From the IMG/VR virus record IMGVR_UViG_3300025168_000072, positions 4,596 through 68,595 of that record: DNA of 64,000 bases. The stretch is one strand, 5' to 3'. This stretch comes from a virus. Position 1 is the first letter of the stretch; the number at the start of each line of letters is the position of its first letter. Under the pieces are notes generated by a model, which worked only from the letters and a program-made list of their open reading frames with translations, was not told the origin of the DNA and did no database searches. Below are positions 18,784 to 28,700 of this stretch, piece after piece. A program made the position numbers and the translations under genes.

Positions 18784-21012
18784 ATGAATGTGGAGGCAGT
18801 CGGTCGCAACGATGTTCTTGTTAGATACAGGGATATTCACGGCAAAAGAAAGGAAAAGCGAATCAAAGAGTATTTGCCTTATTGTTATCTACGCACAGAA
18901 GACGCTTCTTGGTTTTCCGAAGGTGATGTGCAACATGGCTACACCGGTATGTTCGGTGAAGAGTTATCCAAAGTTTCGTGTTTCTCTCAATGGGATATAC
19001 GGCAACTCGCAAAGACCGGTGAAACATGGGAGGGTAATGTTCCCTTCACTAATCAGGTATTGACTAAGCGTGTGCGAGACGGTTTGGAACCTTTCGAGGC
19101 TTACGACCATAGGGTATGGTATCTCGATGGTGAATGGAAAACAGGAACCGGTGAGATAACTATGCTCTCGGTCTATGATACTTTTACCGCTAATCTTTAT
19201 TCTTGGGTTGTTATGCCAAACGGCATCTCTAAGGGAAAATACAGTATGTTGAAGGATGAATCAGGTAAAGAATACCACTACGATACACCCATAATCGTCT
19301 TTGATACGGAGGCCGAACTACTAAATCACTTCATTGGGTTCATGCGAAAGCAAGACCCCGACATCATCACCGGTTGGTATGTGAACGGTGCGGATATTAG
19401 CCAAATCGTAAAGCGGTGCGGTAAGGTGAATGTGCGCGCTTCTCTCATGTCTCCTATCAACAAGTTAAGGTATGACTTTGGCGATTGGCAACAACCTATC
19501 GTTGGTCGAAACATCATTGACTTGATGCTCGCATTCCCTAAATTGTATGAATTGAAGAATGGCAAATTATCCGGCTACAAATTAGACGATGTGGCTTGGG
19601 AAGTATTAGGGGAAAAGAAAGTAGAGTTACCCGACGGCCACGACACATACTACTCCGACCCCGTAAAGTATCTCGATTACAACCGACAGGATGTGCGCCT
19701 TCTACCTCGGTTAAACAGAACCGTAAATGCTCTTGAGTATTTTGTTGCTGTTCAACATATCGCCCAATGCGAAATTCAATCCACTCCACACATTACCAAA
19801 GTGTTCACATGCCTCGCTTTGTCCGACCCTGAACTCGACCGACAACTCCCCTCCAAACCAATGTTTGACAAGGTAGATTATGACGGTGGAATTGTCATGG
19901 ATGGTGAAACCGGATTCTATGAGAACATAGGTATTTTTGATGTAAAAGCAATGTATCATAGCAACGCCGCACTTCACAACATCTCTTGGGATATGCTCGA
20001 TGAGAAAGGTAAAGATTGTGGCAACGGAACATCGTTTAATCAAGATAAGAAAGGTTTGCTTGTTCGACAGATGGATAGGATGACTACGCTACGAGATGAA
20101 TACAAGGCATCAATGTGGGATGCTATAAATGATGAAGAAGTTACTCGATACGATGCTCTACAATACGCCACTAAGTCTCTTGTTGCCTCGATGTATGGTG
20201 TGGCGGGTGATTCTAAGTATGGTCTTTACCACCCTGAAATAGCGGCGGCTATCACATTTACCTCAAGAACAACACTAATGAGATTGAAGGACATTGCCGA
20301 AGAAATGGGCCACGAAGTAGTTTACGGCCACACCGATTCGGTCATGTGTCGGGTAGATAGCCCAATCGTCGGTGAGGATTCGGTAAAGGAAATAAACGCT
20401 CAAATGTTCCCTATCATAGTGCAGTTTGAGAAGTGGTCTAAGTCATTCCTTCTCATGGGTAAGAACAGATACACCGGACTTGTCTCATGGACTGATGGCG
20501 AACACCACGAACCTAAGCGTTATGTTAAGGGAATAGAACTCAAGCAATCCCGTATGCCAACGGTGATGAAGAACGCTATGGGTCGGGTCATTGACGGCAT
20601 CCTGAAGCGAGAAGATGAAGGCGTAGTCTCCGAAGAATTAGTTACTCTCATTGATAATGTTATCTCAAAACAAATCGACCCTCTACTACTTTGTATGAAG
20701 GGTAAATTAAGTAAGGATTTGTCGAACTACCGTAGCGTTAGTGGTTCGGCGGCAGGGGCGCAATGGGCCAACCGCAACCTCGGTAAGTATTACCGTAAAG
20801 ATGATTACTTCTTGTGCGCTATAAATCCTGAAGGTAAATACTTGGCCTTTGACGAGCCTTCGGAATTGGAGGGTGTAGCGGAAATAGGCTACCGGACAAT
20901 GGTTGAGCGTTTTATTATCTCTAAAGTAAAACCATACTACGAAGTCGCTAAGTGGGATTTGGGGCCGTTGCTTCGTGCTATGGATGGAAAAAGCAAGGTG
21001 GAATGGTTATGA
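18784..21012 (+). CDS. polB: Family B DNA polymerase
   Basis: Exo I YLDGE, Exo II GWY..GADI, Exo III YNRQDV; Pol A FDVKAMY, Pol B K...ASMYG, Pol C YGHTDS; KNRY and KGIE; ends KSKVEWL. Confidence 0.97.
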   Translation: MNVEAVGRNDVLVRYRDIHGKRKEKRIKEYLPYCYLRTEDASWFSEGDVQHGYTGMFGEELSKVSCFSQWDIRQLAKTGETWEGNVPFTNQVLTKRVRDGLEPFEAYDHRVWYLDGEWKTGTGEITMLSVYDTFTANLYSWVVMPNGISKGKYSMLKDESGKEYHYDTPIIVFDTEAELLNHFIGFMRKQDPDIITGWYVNGADISQIVKRCGKVNVRASLMSPINKLRYDFGDWQQPIVGRNIIDLMLAFPKLYELKNGKLSGYKLDDVAWEVLGEKKVELPDGHDTYYSDPVKYLDYNRQDVRLLPRLNRTVNALEYFVAVQHIAQCEIQSTPHITKVFTCLALSDPELDRQLPSKPMFDKVDYDGGIVMDGETGFYENIGIFDVKAMYHSNAALHNISWDMLDEKGKDCGNGTSFNQDKKGLLVRQMDRMTTLRDEYKASMWDAINDEEVTRYDALQYATKSLVASMYGVAGDSKYGLYHPEIAAAITFTSRTTLMRLKDIAEEMGHEVVYGHTDSVMCRVDSPIVGEDSVKEINAQMFPIIVQFEKWSKSFLLMGKNRYTGLVSWTDGEHHEPKRYVKGIELKQSRMPTVMKNAMGRVIDGILKREDEGVVSEELVTLIDNVISKQIDPLLLCMKGKLSKDLSNYRSVSGSAAGAQWANRNLGKYYRKDDYFLCAINPEGKYLAFDEPSELEGVAEIGYRTMVERFIISKVKPYYEVAKWDLGPLLRAMDGKSKVEWL

Positions 21013-22211
21013 TATTGTATGAAGGGAATTGTTTACAAGAAATGAAGAAGTTACCCGATAACTCGGTTGATTCAATCGTTACCGACCCACCATACGGATT
21101 ATCGTTTCTTGGTAAAAAGTGGGACTATGATGTTCCTTCTGTTGAGATTTGGAGAGAGGCTTTGAGAGTCTTGAAGCCCGGAGGACACCTTCTTTCATTT
21201 GCGGGTTCTCGCACTTATCACCGTATGGCGGTGAACATTGAAGACGCAGGGTTTGAAATCCGTGACCAGATTATGTGGGTCTATGGGTCGGGCTTTCCAA
21301 AGTCAATGTCCGTCAGTAAAGCAATGGATAAGACCGCAGGTGCGGAACGAGAAATAGTGGGTCGAAACCCTAATTCAAGAGAGGAATGCGATAAATCGAA
21401 TACACTTTATGAATCGGGAACCGTTGGCAAAACTGATTACATTACTAAACCCGCTACACTTGAAGCGCAACAATGGGAGGGGTGGGGAACAGCCCTCAAA
21501 CCGGCCCATGAGCCTATTGTCGTCGCCCGTAAGCCCCTCATCGGCACTATCGTTGAAAATGTGCTTGAGCATGGCACAGGTGGCTTGAACATTGATGGTT
21601 GCAGGGTTGAAACAGATGAGAAAATAGTATCAGGTGGGCAAGGTGTGACCGGCAGACCCGCACCTCATTCTGCCGACGAAAGAATAGGGCAAGCATTAGG
21701 TATGTTTCAACAAGGAACAAAAAACACCTTTGTTCAAAACCCAAAAGGTCGTTTCCCTGCTAATTTTATTCACGATGGCTCGGATGAAGTCGTGAGCCTG
21801 TTTCCTGATACGAAAGGTGCAACAAGTCGCACCGACACCGTTTCAACAGGAATGTTTGCCGGTGGGGATGCCGGAACTGTATATCCCGACTCCGGTTCCG
21901 CCGCACGATTCTTTTACTGCGCCAAAGCGAGCAAAGCCGAGCGAAGCGCAGGTCTTGAAAATAACATACACCCAACCGTAAAGCCCGTTGCTTTGATGAA
22001 ATACCTCTGCCGACTTGTTACGCCGCCAAACGGTATTGTTCTTGACCCGTTCATGGGTTCAGGAACAACAGGAATAGCCGCTAAGGTTGAAGGGTTTAAT
22101 TTTATCGGAATAGAAATGAATGTAGAATACCTTGCCATAGCCGAATCCAGAATCAATCATTGGGTCGAAGAATACGAAATAATTCATAAAACAAAGCATG
22201 AATGGGTTTAG
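21009..22211 (+). CDS. Beta-class DNA methyltransferase (N6-adenine type, DPPY)
   Basis: TDPPYG, LKPGGH, GFEIRDQIMW.YGSGFPKS, HPTVKP and DPFMGSGTT motifs; ends KTKHEWV. Confidence 0.95.
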   Translation: MILYEGNCLQEMKKLPDNSVDSIVTDPPYGLSFLGKKWDYDVPSVEIWREALRVLKPGGHLLSFAGSRTYHRMAVNIEDAGFEIRDQIMWVYGSGFPKSMSVSKAMDKTAGAEREIVGRNPNSREECDKSNTLYESGTVGKTDYITKPATLEAQQWEGWGTALKPAHEPIVVARKPLIGTIVENVLEHGTGGLNIDGCRVETDEKIVSGGQGVTGRPAPHSADERIGQALGMFQQGTKNTFVQNPKGRFPANFIHDGSDEVVSLFPDTKGATSRTDTVSTGMFAGGDAGTVYPDSGSAARFFYCAKASKAERSAGLENNIHPTVKPVALMKYLCRLVTPPNGIVLDPFMGSGTTGIAAKVEGFNFIGIEMNVEYLAIAESRINHWVEEYEIIHKTKHEWV

Positions 22212-22254
22212 ATACATTTATAACTTAACTATACATGGGATAAGGTGAGAAGGC

Positions 22255-22584
22255 ATGAGCAACGGCATCCGACCAATGAAAAAGATGAGCGCGCACCAAT
22301 TGACAGAAGCATTCGTCGCTATGAATCAGCGTCTTGATATGCTTACCCACGCCGTTGCCGCCGATGTTCAACGGCTAAATGTCATTGTGTTTCAATTCCT
22401 AAAGGCTATGGGTTTTGCCGAAGAGATAGTATGTCCTCATTGTGAAGTCATAAATATGCGGCCAAACATTGACGGTATCGAAGTAGATGACCGATGCGCC
22501 GAATGTGGTGGCAACTTGCTACCGTTGCCGGATGAAGTCTTCACCGATGCCGAAATCATGGATGTTCGGGTCGAACAGGAATGA
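22255..22584 (+). CDS. Zn-ribbon protein
   Basis: CPHC...CAEC. Confidence 0.7.
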   Translation: MSNGIRPMKKMSAHQLTEAFVAMNQRLDMLTHAVAADVQRLNVIVFQFLKAMGFAEEIVCPHCEVINMRPNIDGIEVDDRCAECGGNLLPLPDEVFTDAEIMDVRVEQE

Positions 22585-22632
22585 TAACCATTAAATGACA
22601 TCTCAATTCTATTAAAAATTAAGGTTATTTTT

Positions 22633-22896
22633 ATGAATTACATTGTTTCCTCTCAAAAGACAGAAGACTTAGAAGCGGCTATTAAAGAGCATGGTGCTTC
22701 TTCGGTATATTGGTTCACCGACAGCACAAACGAAAGATTGGCTCTAAAGTCCGGTCTTGGTCGAAACCATATTCTCTCAACCCAAAATCTTCAAAGCATG
22801 AAAAATGCTCTTGAATTACTCGGTGAAGGGTGGGTAGAATACAAGGCTACTCCTAAACCAAAACCAAAGGCAAAAAAGGCTGAAAAGTCGGAATAA
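22633..22896 (+). CDS. Hypothetical protein with Lys-rich tail
   Basis: ORF with a TATA-like upstream sequence; tail KPKPKAKKAEK. Confidence 0.7.
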   Translation: MNYIVSSQKTEDLEAAIKEHGASSVYWFTDSTNERLALKSGLGRNHILSTQNLQSMKNALELLGEGWVEYKATPKPKPKAKKAEKSE

Positions 22897-22928
22897 CAAC
22901 CCTTATATACCCCGCCACCAATGTATAA

Positions 22929-23864
22929 TTGATGACGGAAGAGGCGACAAGCACATACGACCCAACTAAGGTTACTGATGAATTAGTGCTTCGCGTAAGC
23001 AAGTCTTCATTCGGTCAATATTCTAAATGCCCTCGTCAGTATTGGTGGAACAAAATTGCTCTACCTGATTTGCGCTCGCCCCCAAGCGAGGCTATGGTGC
23101 GTGGTAGTGCTATCCATCAAGTTATGGAGGATGGACTGCGTGAAGTAACCGAGAACAAGGTAGCAACTATCTTAGCCGGTATCAACGACGACCTCCACAT
23201 ACCGTTCAGTAAATACGCTATCGAACAAGGTGTGCAAACAGAAGTAGCAGTAGACGCTCTTATCGAAATACTACAAGACATTACCCTCAATTGGGGCCAC
23301 ATTGAAGTGCTTGAATTAGAAGACAAGCATGTAATTCCTTACACTGTTGAATGCCTCGTAGAAGGCGAAGACGGTGAGGCTGAAACAATCCTATACCCCG
23401 TTGAATTGGTCGGTATGATTGACGGTGTTTTCCGTATGCCTAATGGTAACATCGTTGTCGTTGAATTGAAGACCGGTAATGCGAACATGAGCAAATTGTC
23501 TCGGACAAGAGGCGAGTTGGCATTCTACCGAAAGATGTTGGTGTTGGCAGGTTACGACGAACCAACACACTTCTTGACTATCATGCCTGATGCCGATGAC
23601 TCCGACTTGATTCTAAAATTAGAGGGTAAAAGAAACACTGAATTATTCTTTGGTATGACACAAGGTTTGGGTGTGTTGGAAAAGATTAACAGTAGAAGTA
23701 TTACCGCTATGGAAAAGCGTTTGTCTAATGCCGTTCACGGTATTATGACTCAACAATGGCCTATCAAGTGGAATGAATACTTTTGCACCCAATGGTGTGA
23801 TTTTCATTTGTCGTGCAACGAAGAATTGCTCGGTGTGGGAACTTTGATAAACCAAGAACTGTGA
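22929..23864 (+). CDS. Cas4-like/RecB-family PD-(D/E)xK exonuclease
   Basis: CPRQY, GSAIH, GMIDG and ELKTG motifs; C-terminal C..WC.F..SC Fe-S ligands. Confidence 0.88.
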   Translation: MMTEEATSTYDPTKVTDELVLRVSKSSFGQYSKCPRQYWWNKIALPDLRSPPSEAMVRGSAIHQVMEDGLREVTENKVATILAGINDDLHIPFSKYAIEQGVQTEVAVDALIEILQDITLNWGHIEVLELEDKHVIPYTVECLVEGEDGEAETILYPVELVGMIDGVFRMPNGNIVVVELKTGNANMSKLSRTRGELAFYRKMLVLAGYDEPTHFLTIMPDADDSDLILKLEGKRNTELFFGMTQGLGVLEKINSRSITAMEKRLSNAVHGIMTQQWPIKWNEYFCTQWCDFHLSCNEELLGVGTLINQEL

Positions 23865-23873
23865 GAGATAAAT

Positions 23874-24023
23874 ATGCAAGTATGTGCCAAGTGTGATAGC
23901 GGGATAGTGAGAACAGAAATGATGTTCCGTGTAACAGGTCAAGAAGGTAACGCCCCAGAAAAGATAGAAGTTAGCAAATGTGAAGGATGCGGGTTTCAAT
24001 GGTCGAAAACAATGGACTCTTAA
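23874..24023 (+). CDS. Zn-ribbon microprotein, 49 aa
   Basis: MQVCAKC...KCEGCGFQW. Confidence 0.6.
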   Translation: MQVCAKCDSGIVRTEMMFRVTGQEGNAPEKIEVSKCEGCGFQWSKTMDS

Positions 24024-24025
24024 AC

Positions 24026-25021
24026 ATGCCAAGAGAAATCGGACTCAAGCGTTCCGCTTGTTCCGATAAAAGCCGATTCAAACAATACATCAATTCACTT
24101 AACGGTAAAAGTAATCTCTACACATCACTCTATTCTTTCCGAGACAAAGACCCTAATGCTTCATGGAAATTCGATGCAAACAGCGCAGTAATTGATAGAG
24201 CATGGTGGGATTTTGATGCCGGAGAACGGGGAGACATTGAACAGGTCAAACAGGATGTTGCCACCCTCGTTAGCCGATTGGATGGTGATGTTCGATTGGT
24301 CGCAACGGGTAGAGGGTTTCACATTCACCAACTGTTCAAGCGGTCTGTCATGGGATTCGATTTTCACAACCACCTCTCTCGATACCAACAAATGATGGCG
24401 AGTGGTTTGAAGACACTTGACGGATATGCTTTTCCCGCAAAACTAACTCGTATACCGAACACATACAATGCGACCCGTCGCCGTTGGGCTGTCTCGATAC
24501 CAACGACTTGTTTCATGGCCGACCCTATGGGCTTCGATATTCCTAAGTCTCCGGTTCGTGCTTATCTCCGCCACTGTCCTTTCTTGGGAGAGGGTAGACA
24601 ATCCAATTTTGATTTTCCGGTATGGGTGGCACAGAACCCACAGCAAGAAGTCGTTATGAGTAAATTCGACGGCGAGATAGGTAGTGCAGGTGAAATACCT
24701 ATCATGCCATGTCTCGATAGTGCAGTTAGGGCCGATAACCCAACACACCCTGTTCGGGTAGCCCTCGTTCAACACATGGCTCAGGAACTCCGTTGGTTCT
24801 CCGACCCTAAATCCCTATCTCAAGAGGAACGGGGAGAGATAGAAGATGTGATATTTGACTACATCAAATCGTTGGGTTGGAGAGACTTTAACCCACACCG
24901 AACGCGACAAGGTATTAGGACTAATTTAGATTATGACAATGCACCTTCTTGTCGTTGGTTTCACCTTAGAGGCATGTGTAAAGGTATATGTTGGCGATAT
25001 GACGGGACAATAGGTTCTTAA
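24026..25021 (+). CDS. Archaeo-eukaryotic primase, PriS catalytic domain fused to a PriL-like C-terminal Fe-S domain
   Basis: WDFD, TGRGFHIH and RIPNT motifs; C-terminal PCL...H..R...PSC....GMCKGIC. Confidence 0.88.
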   Translation: MPREIGLKRSACSDKSRFKQYINSLNGKSNLYTSLYSFRDKDPNASWKFDANSAVIDRAWWDFDAGERGDIEQVKQDVATLVSRLDGDVRLVATGRGFHIHQLFKRSVMGFDFHNHLSRYQQMMASGLKTLDGYAFPAKLTRIPNTYNATRRRWAVSIPTTCFMADPMGFDIPKSPVRAYLRHCPFLGEGRQSNFDFPVWVAQNPQQEVVMSKFDGEIGSAGEIPIMPCLDSAVRADNPTHPVRVALVQHMAQELRWFSDPKSLSQEERGEIEDVIFDYIKSLGWRDFNPHRTRQGIRTNLDYDNAPSCRWFHLRGMCKGICWRYDGTIGS

Positions 25022-25044
25022 ATCAAAGTCGGGTGTTTCAATAC

Positions 25045-25767
25045 ATGAGCGACCCATTACTCATAGACCGAAGGGAAAATGAAAAGTTAATTCACAAGTT
25101 ATTGGCTAAGATGGGCGACCACGACCAAGACCCAAAAGGGACTGCCAAAGTATTGCATCTCAATTCAGGAGACTACATTCTCGGTGATTGGGGAGTAGAG
25201 GCAAAGGAAATCAACGACCTCTACAATAGCATATTAGGGATTGGTCGCACTCGAACAATCGTAGCCCAACTTCACGACCTATGCGAGACATTTGACAAAC
25301 CGTTCCTCGTCGTTTACAATCGCGAATTGAAACCTTGGTTTCACGGTAGAAGACCAACCGCAAGAGAACTAAGCGAAGAGAGAGTGAAAATGGCTACGGT
25401 GATTAAATCTTTCAAGATGACAATGCACCAACGGTTCCCTAAATTACACTTTCTTCAATTGAATACTATGGATGACTTCGTAGATTGGTTATACACCAAC
25501 CACCGACAAAATGTAATTGCGAAAGTGAAACCGCCTATTGAACATCAGGCCAAGCCGGTGATTCGACACCATGACTCTCGAATCAAGACTTTGATGAACT
25601 GTGGTGTAACTGCCGAACAAGCGGAAAAATTACTGTTAAAGTATTCCTCAATCCCGATTCTACTACGCAAAAACACCAAACAAAAGGACATGATGAAGTG
25701 CGCTCGAATCACCCGCAAACAAGCAAAAAGAATACTTGCGTTGAGAGATACTTTCAGTAAGGATTGA
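25045..25767 (+). CDS. ERCC4/XPF-family (Hef-like) structure-specific nuclease with HhH
   Basis: IDRRE, GDYI and VEAKEINDL motifs; C-terminal GVTAEQAEKLL HhH. Overlaps the converging gene by 14 bp. Confidence 0.85.
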   Translation: MSDPLLIDRRENEKLIHKLLAKMGDHDQDPKGTAKVLHLNSGDYILGDWGVEAKEINDLYNSILGIGRTRTIVAQLHDLCETFDKPFLVVYNRELKPWFHGRRPTARELSEERVKMATVIKSFKMTMHQRFPKLHFLQLNTMDDFVDWLYTNHRQNVIAKVKPPIEHQAKPVIRHHDSRIKTLMNCGVTAEQAEKLLLKYSSIPILLRKNTKQKDMMKCARITRKQAKRILALRDTFSKD

Positions 25768-28700
25768 ACCCTTGTGAACTCGTAGACATTCCCTTCATGC
25801 TATACCGTTGAAAGTTAATTCTTGTGTTATGCAACACCAAAGATGAATAGGATGCGTTGTCATCTCCCGACCCTGATGTTCTTGTTAAGGTAATAGTAAT
25901 ATTGTTGCCTCCTGTTTCAGCACCGTTGAGGTTGCCGGACAACAAAGCCATAGACTGTTTTTCTTCGTCTCCACCAAAGGTTACTGTTCGACTTATACTA
26001 TTCCCTGTCTCTTCGCACTTTGCCGAAACTGTCAAAATTGCTCTCGACTCCACATTACCACCAAGACTGTAAGAACAATCAATCGTTATTATTTCATCGG
26101 ACACATCATCGGGAACTCGAACACTGATTGAGTGCGATTGGGTGGGCCGGTTGCTCGATTCGGGGTCTACTATTCCTGAAAACACCATACCTTCACCCGA
26201 CATGGTAGATGTGGCGGATGCGGCAAATGAAGTGTCTCCGATACCCTCTACGCTACGCTGTGTGTTCATAGGGGGTGCAGACCTCGCTTGACCGAGAAGG
26301 CCGAAGGAAGCGTCGGAAACACCGTTTTCTAAGAAGTCCATTCTACCGGAAACTTTCGCATGTATTCCCGAAGCCAACATATTACCTGATACGCTGTTTG
26401 AAAACGCACCTCCACCCACTTGAGTAAACCGACCACCCTCTATTTGAGAGGGGCTAAATGGTGTCGAACCTATTGGGCCGCTTGATGGTGGGGTATATGG
26501 CGTTCCTGTTCCTCCGCCTGTTCCTCCGCCGGTAGAAGGTGGAACATCAGGTTTCGGTATCGGTGGGGTAGTTCCGCCACCACCACCGCCACCAACAACG
26601 GGCGAACCTCGACCTCGCGATACTGTGGGGTATAGGAACGACGATAGACCGCCTTCATCCTTTGTTTGGTCGCGCTCTAAAGACAATTGAACACTTTCGG
26701 TAGATGAGCCGGTAGCCGACCAATTTATTTTTTGGATTGACAATGCTTCGGATGATAGACCCAAACCACTATCGGTAAAAGCAACTGTTGTTCCGGGTCG
26801 CCATCGGATGTCGGGAACGATATTGACTCTCGGACAATACCATGCGTTGCGGTAATCGAAAGCACCGGTCATGTTCGCATACTGTCTCAATCCGAGGGGG
26901 AATAGACTATTAGCGTTGGTTGCACTGAAATTAGTTACTCCCGTTGCTGTGTTGATGTGGTGGGCGTTGTGTAGAATACCTGATGCCGTCGGGTCGCCGC
27001 AACGATGCCGTAGTATGTCCTTGAGATAATCTACATTTACGGAAATAACAATTCTTTCGCTACCCGATTGAGAAGTCCAATATGTCGAAGGAATGGCAAT
27101 CTCGTAGAATCCGTTTCTCTTAACATCTACCGTCGTAGTTACCACTGAAGCAACCTCCATACTTGGGGAGAACTGTGCAGTAGTAGAGTAATCCGTAGCG
27201 AACTCCGGCTGTGGGTCTTGAACGAAAACGGGGTTGCTCAAACCAACGGTGAACTCGGCGTTTTCTATGTCCGTTCCTGATTGACCGTCTTTAAGTGCAA
27301 TCCATATTCTCAAATCGTCTGCGTTTGCAGTCATACTTGTAACCGGTGTTTTGGTCGGTATGTGAACAATTTGAACTGCGTGAGCGAGACTGTTTGCGCC
27401 CCACCAATAAAAATTATTATCGTATGTTACTACTTGAGCCGCATTTGTTCCTTGTGCGGTAATCCCTGCTCCGTATCTATCCCTGTTGAACTCGTCGGAA
27501 CCGTCGGTTCCCATATGACCGTCAAGGGCGTTCTGTGTGCCACAAAACATAATACCGTTTACAGCACACCAAACACCGTTATAATCTACACTTGGGGCGT
27601 GAACATCGTTATTCGACACATTGAAAATAGTATTACCAACCACCCCTCTTTCGGTGTGGCGGTAAGTATCGGCAACATATCCGTATCTCCCTTGGTCGAG
27701 CATCTTGTCGGTAAATGTTGTGTCCTTCAAAACATTTCCCGCAATACTAATTGACTTTTTCTTCGTCTTAAAGTATTCTTCTTTAGCGACCGCCTCCGCC
27801 TCCGGTTCATTTGTTACTTCAGGCATCTCAATGATTTTCCACCTGTATGTTTGGTTGAGTGTGGGTGTGGGGAAATCGGTAAAAGAAATACCGTTATTGT
27901 AATACACTCTTACATTGGTTATGTGTGAACCCATCTCGGCATCCAAACTACTCACCGAAAGAATATCGCGATTCACAACTTCTCCCGAATTGTAAGAAGG
28001 TCTTACCTCTAATTTATTATCTCTACCTATTTGATAAGTCATTGGTAATCGCAAAGAATTGTAGTAACCAAAACCTGTGCTTTCGTTAGTTTGTTTTATG
28101 ATAGAAAAGATAGATTTTCCACCTCGCATATCGGCGGCGGAACCGAAAGAATCATGGTTGGTGTTGCCTCCGTCGGTAGTCATGTTGTTTGATAGTGGGA
28201 CTGAACCTATGTCATACCAACAAGGGGTTGCCGCTTGAGCGAGCCAAGTGTTCGATAGCATGAACGACCACAAAAACCTCATCTTGTCGGAGAACCAATA
28301 TGTGCCTATGTTCGGGCTTGTTACGAACCCATCAACTTTCATCAAGAATCTAAGAGAGTATCGTGGGCTTACGCTTGCGACAATAACTACTTGGTCGTAT
28401 GCGCCCGACGCATTCTGTTGGCTTGCGGCATTCAAGGCTATTTCTAAGGAGATGCCTTGAGCCTTTATTACATCGTTCATCATTAACTCTTCGAGGTATT
28501 CTTCGGCAAGTGTCGGATAAGAAACCCAATTCCTACCGGTATCAGGTTCAAGGTAAACACCAAACAATTGTTCAGGTATACTGATAGTGTTTCCACTCGC
28601 AACTGTTTGCGTAGTTCCTCCGGTTTCGTTTGCTATGTTTGCACCTGTAATAGTAAGTGTCGTCGCCGTAACTGCTGTTATTTGTGCAACCCATTTCTGT

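Noticed and set aside
18784-21012. Intein or intron in polB, terL or the MCM-like gene
   Set aside because: Lengths are compact, motifs are contiguous, and no intein or homing endonuclease signature was seen.
22929-23864. Cas4 as evidence of a CRISPR-Cas system
   Set aside because: No cas1/cas2 or array is present; solo Cas4-like nucleases are common in archaeal viruses.
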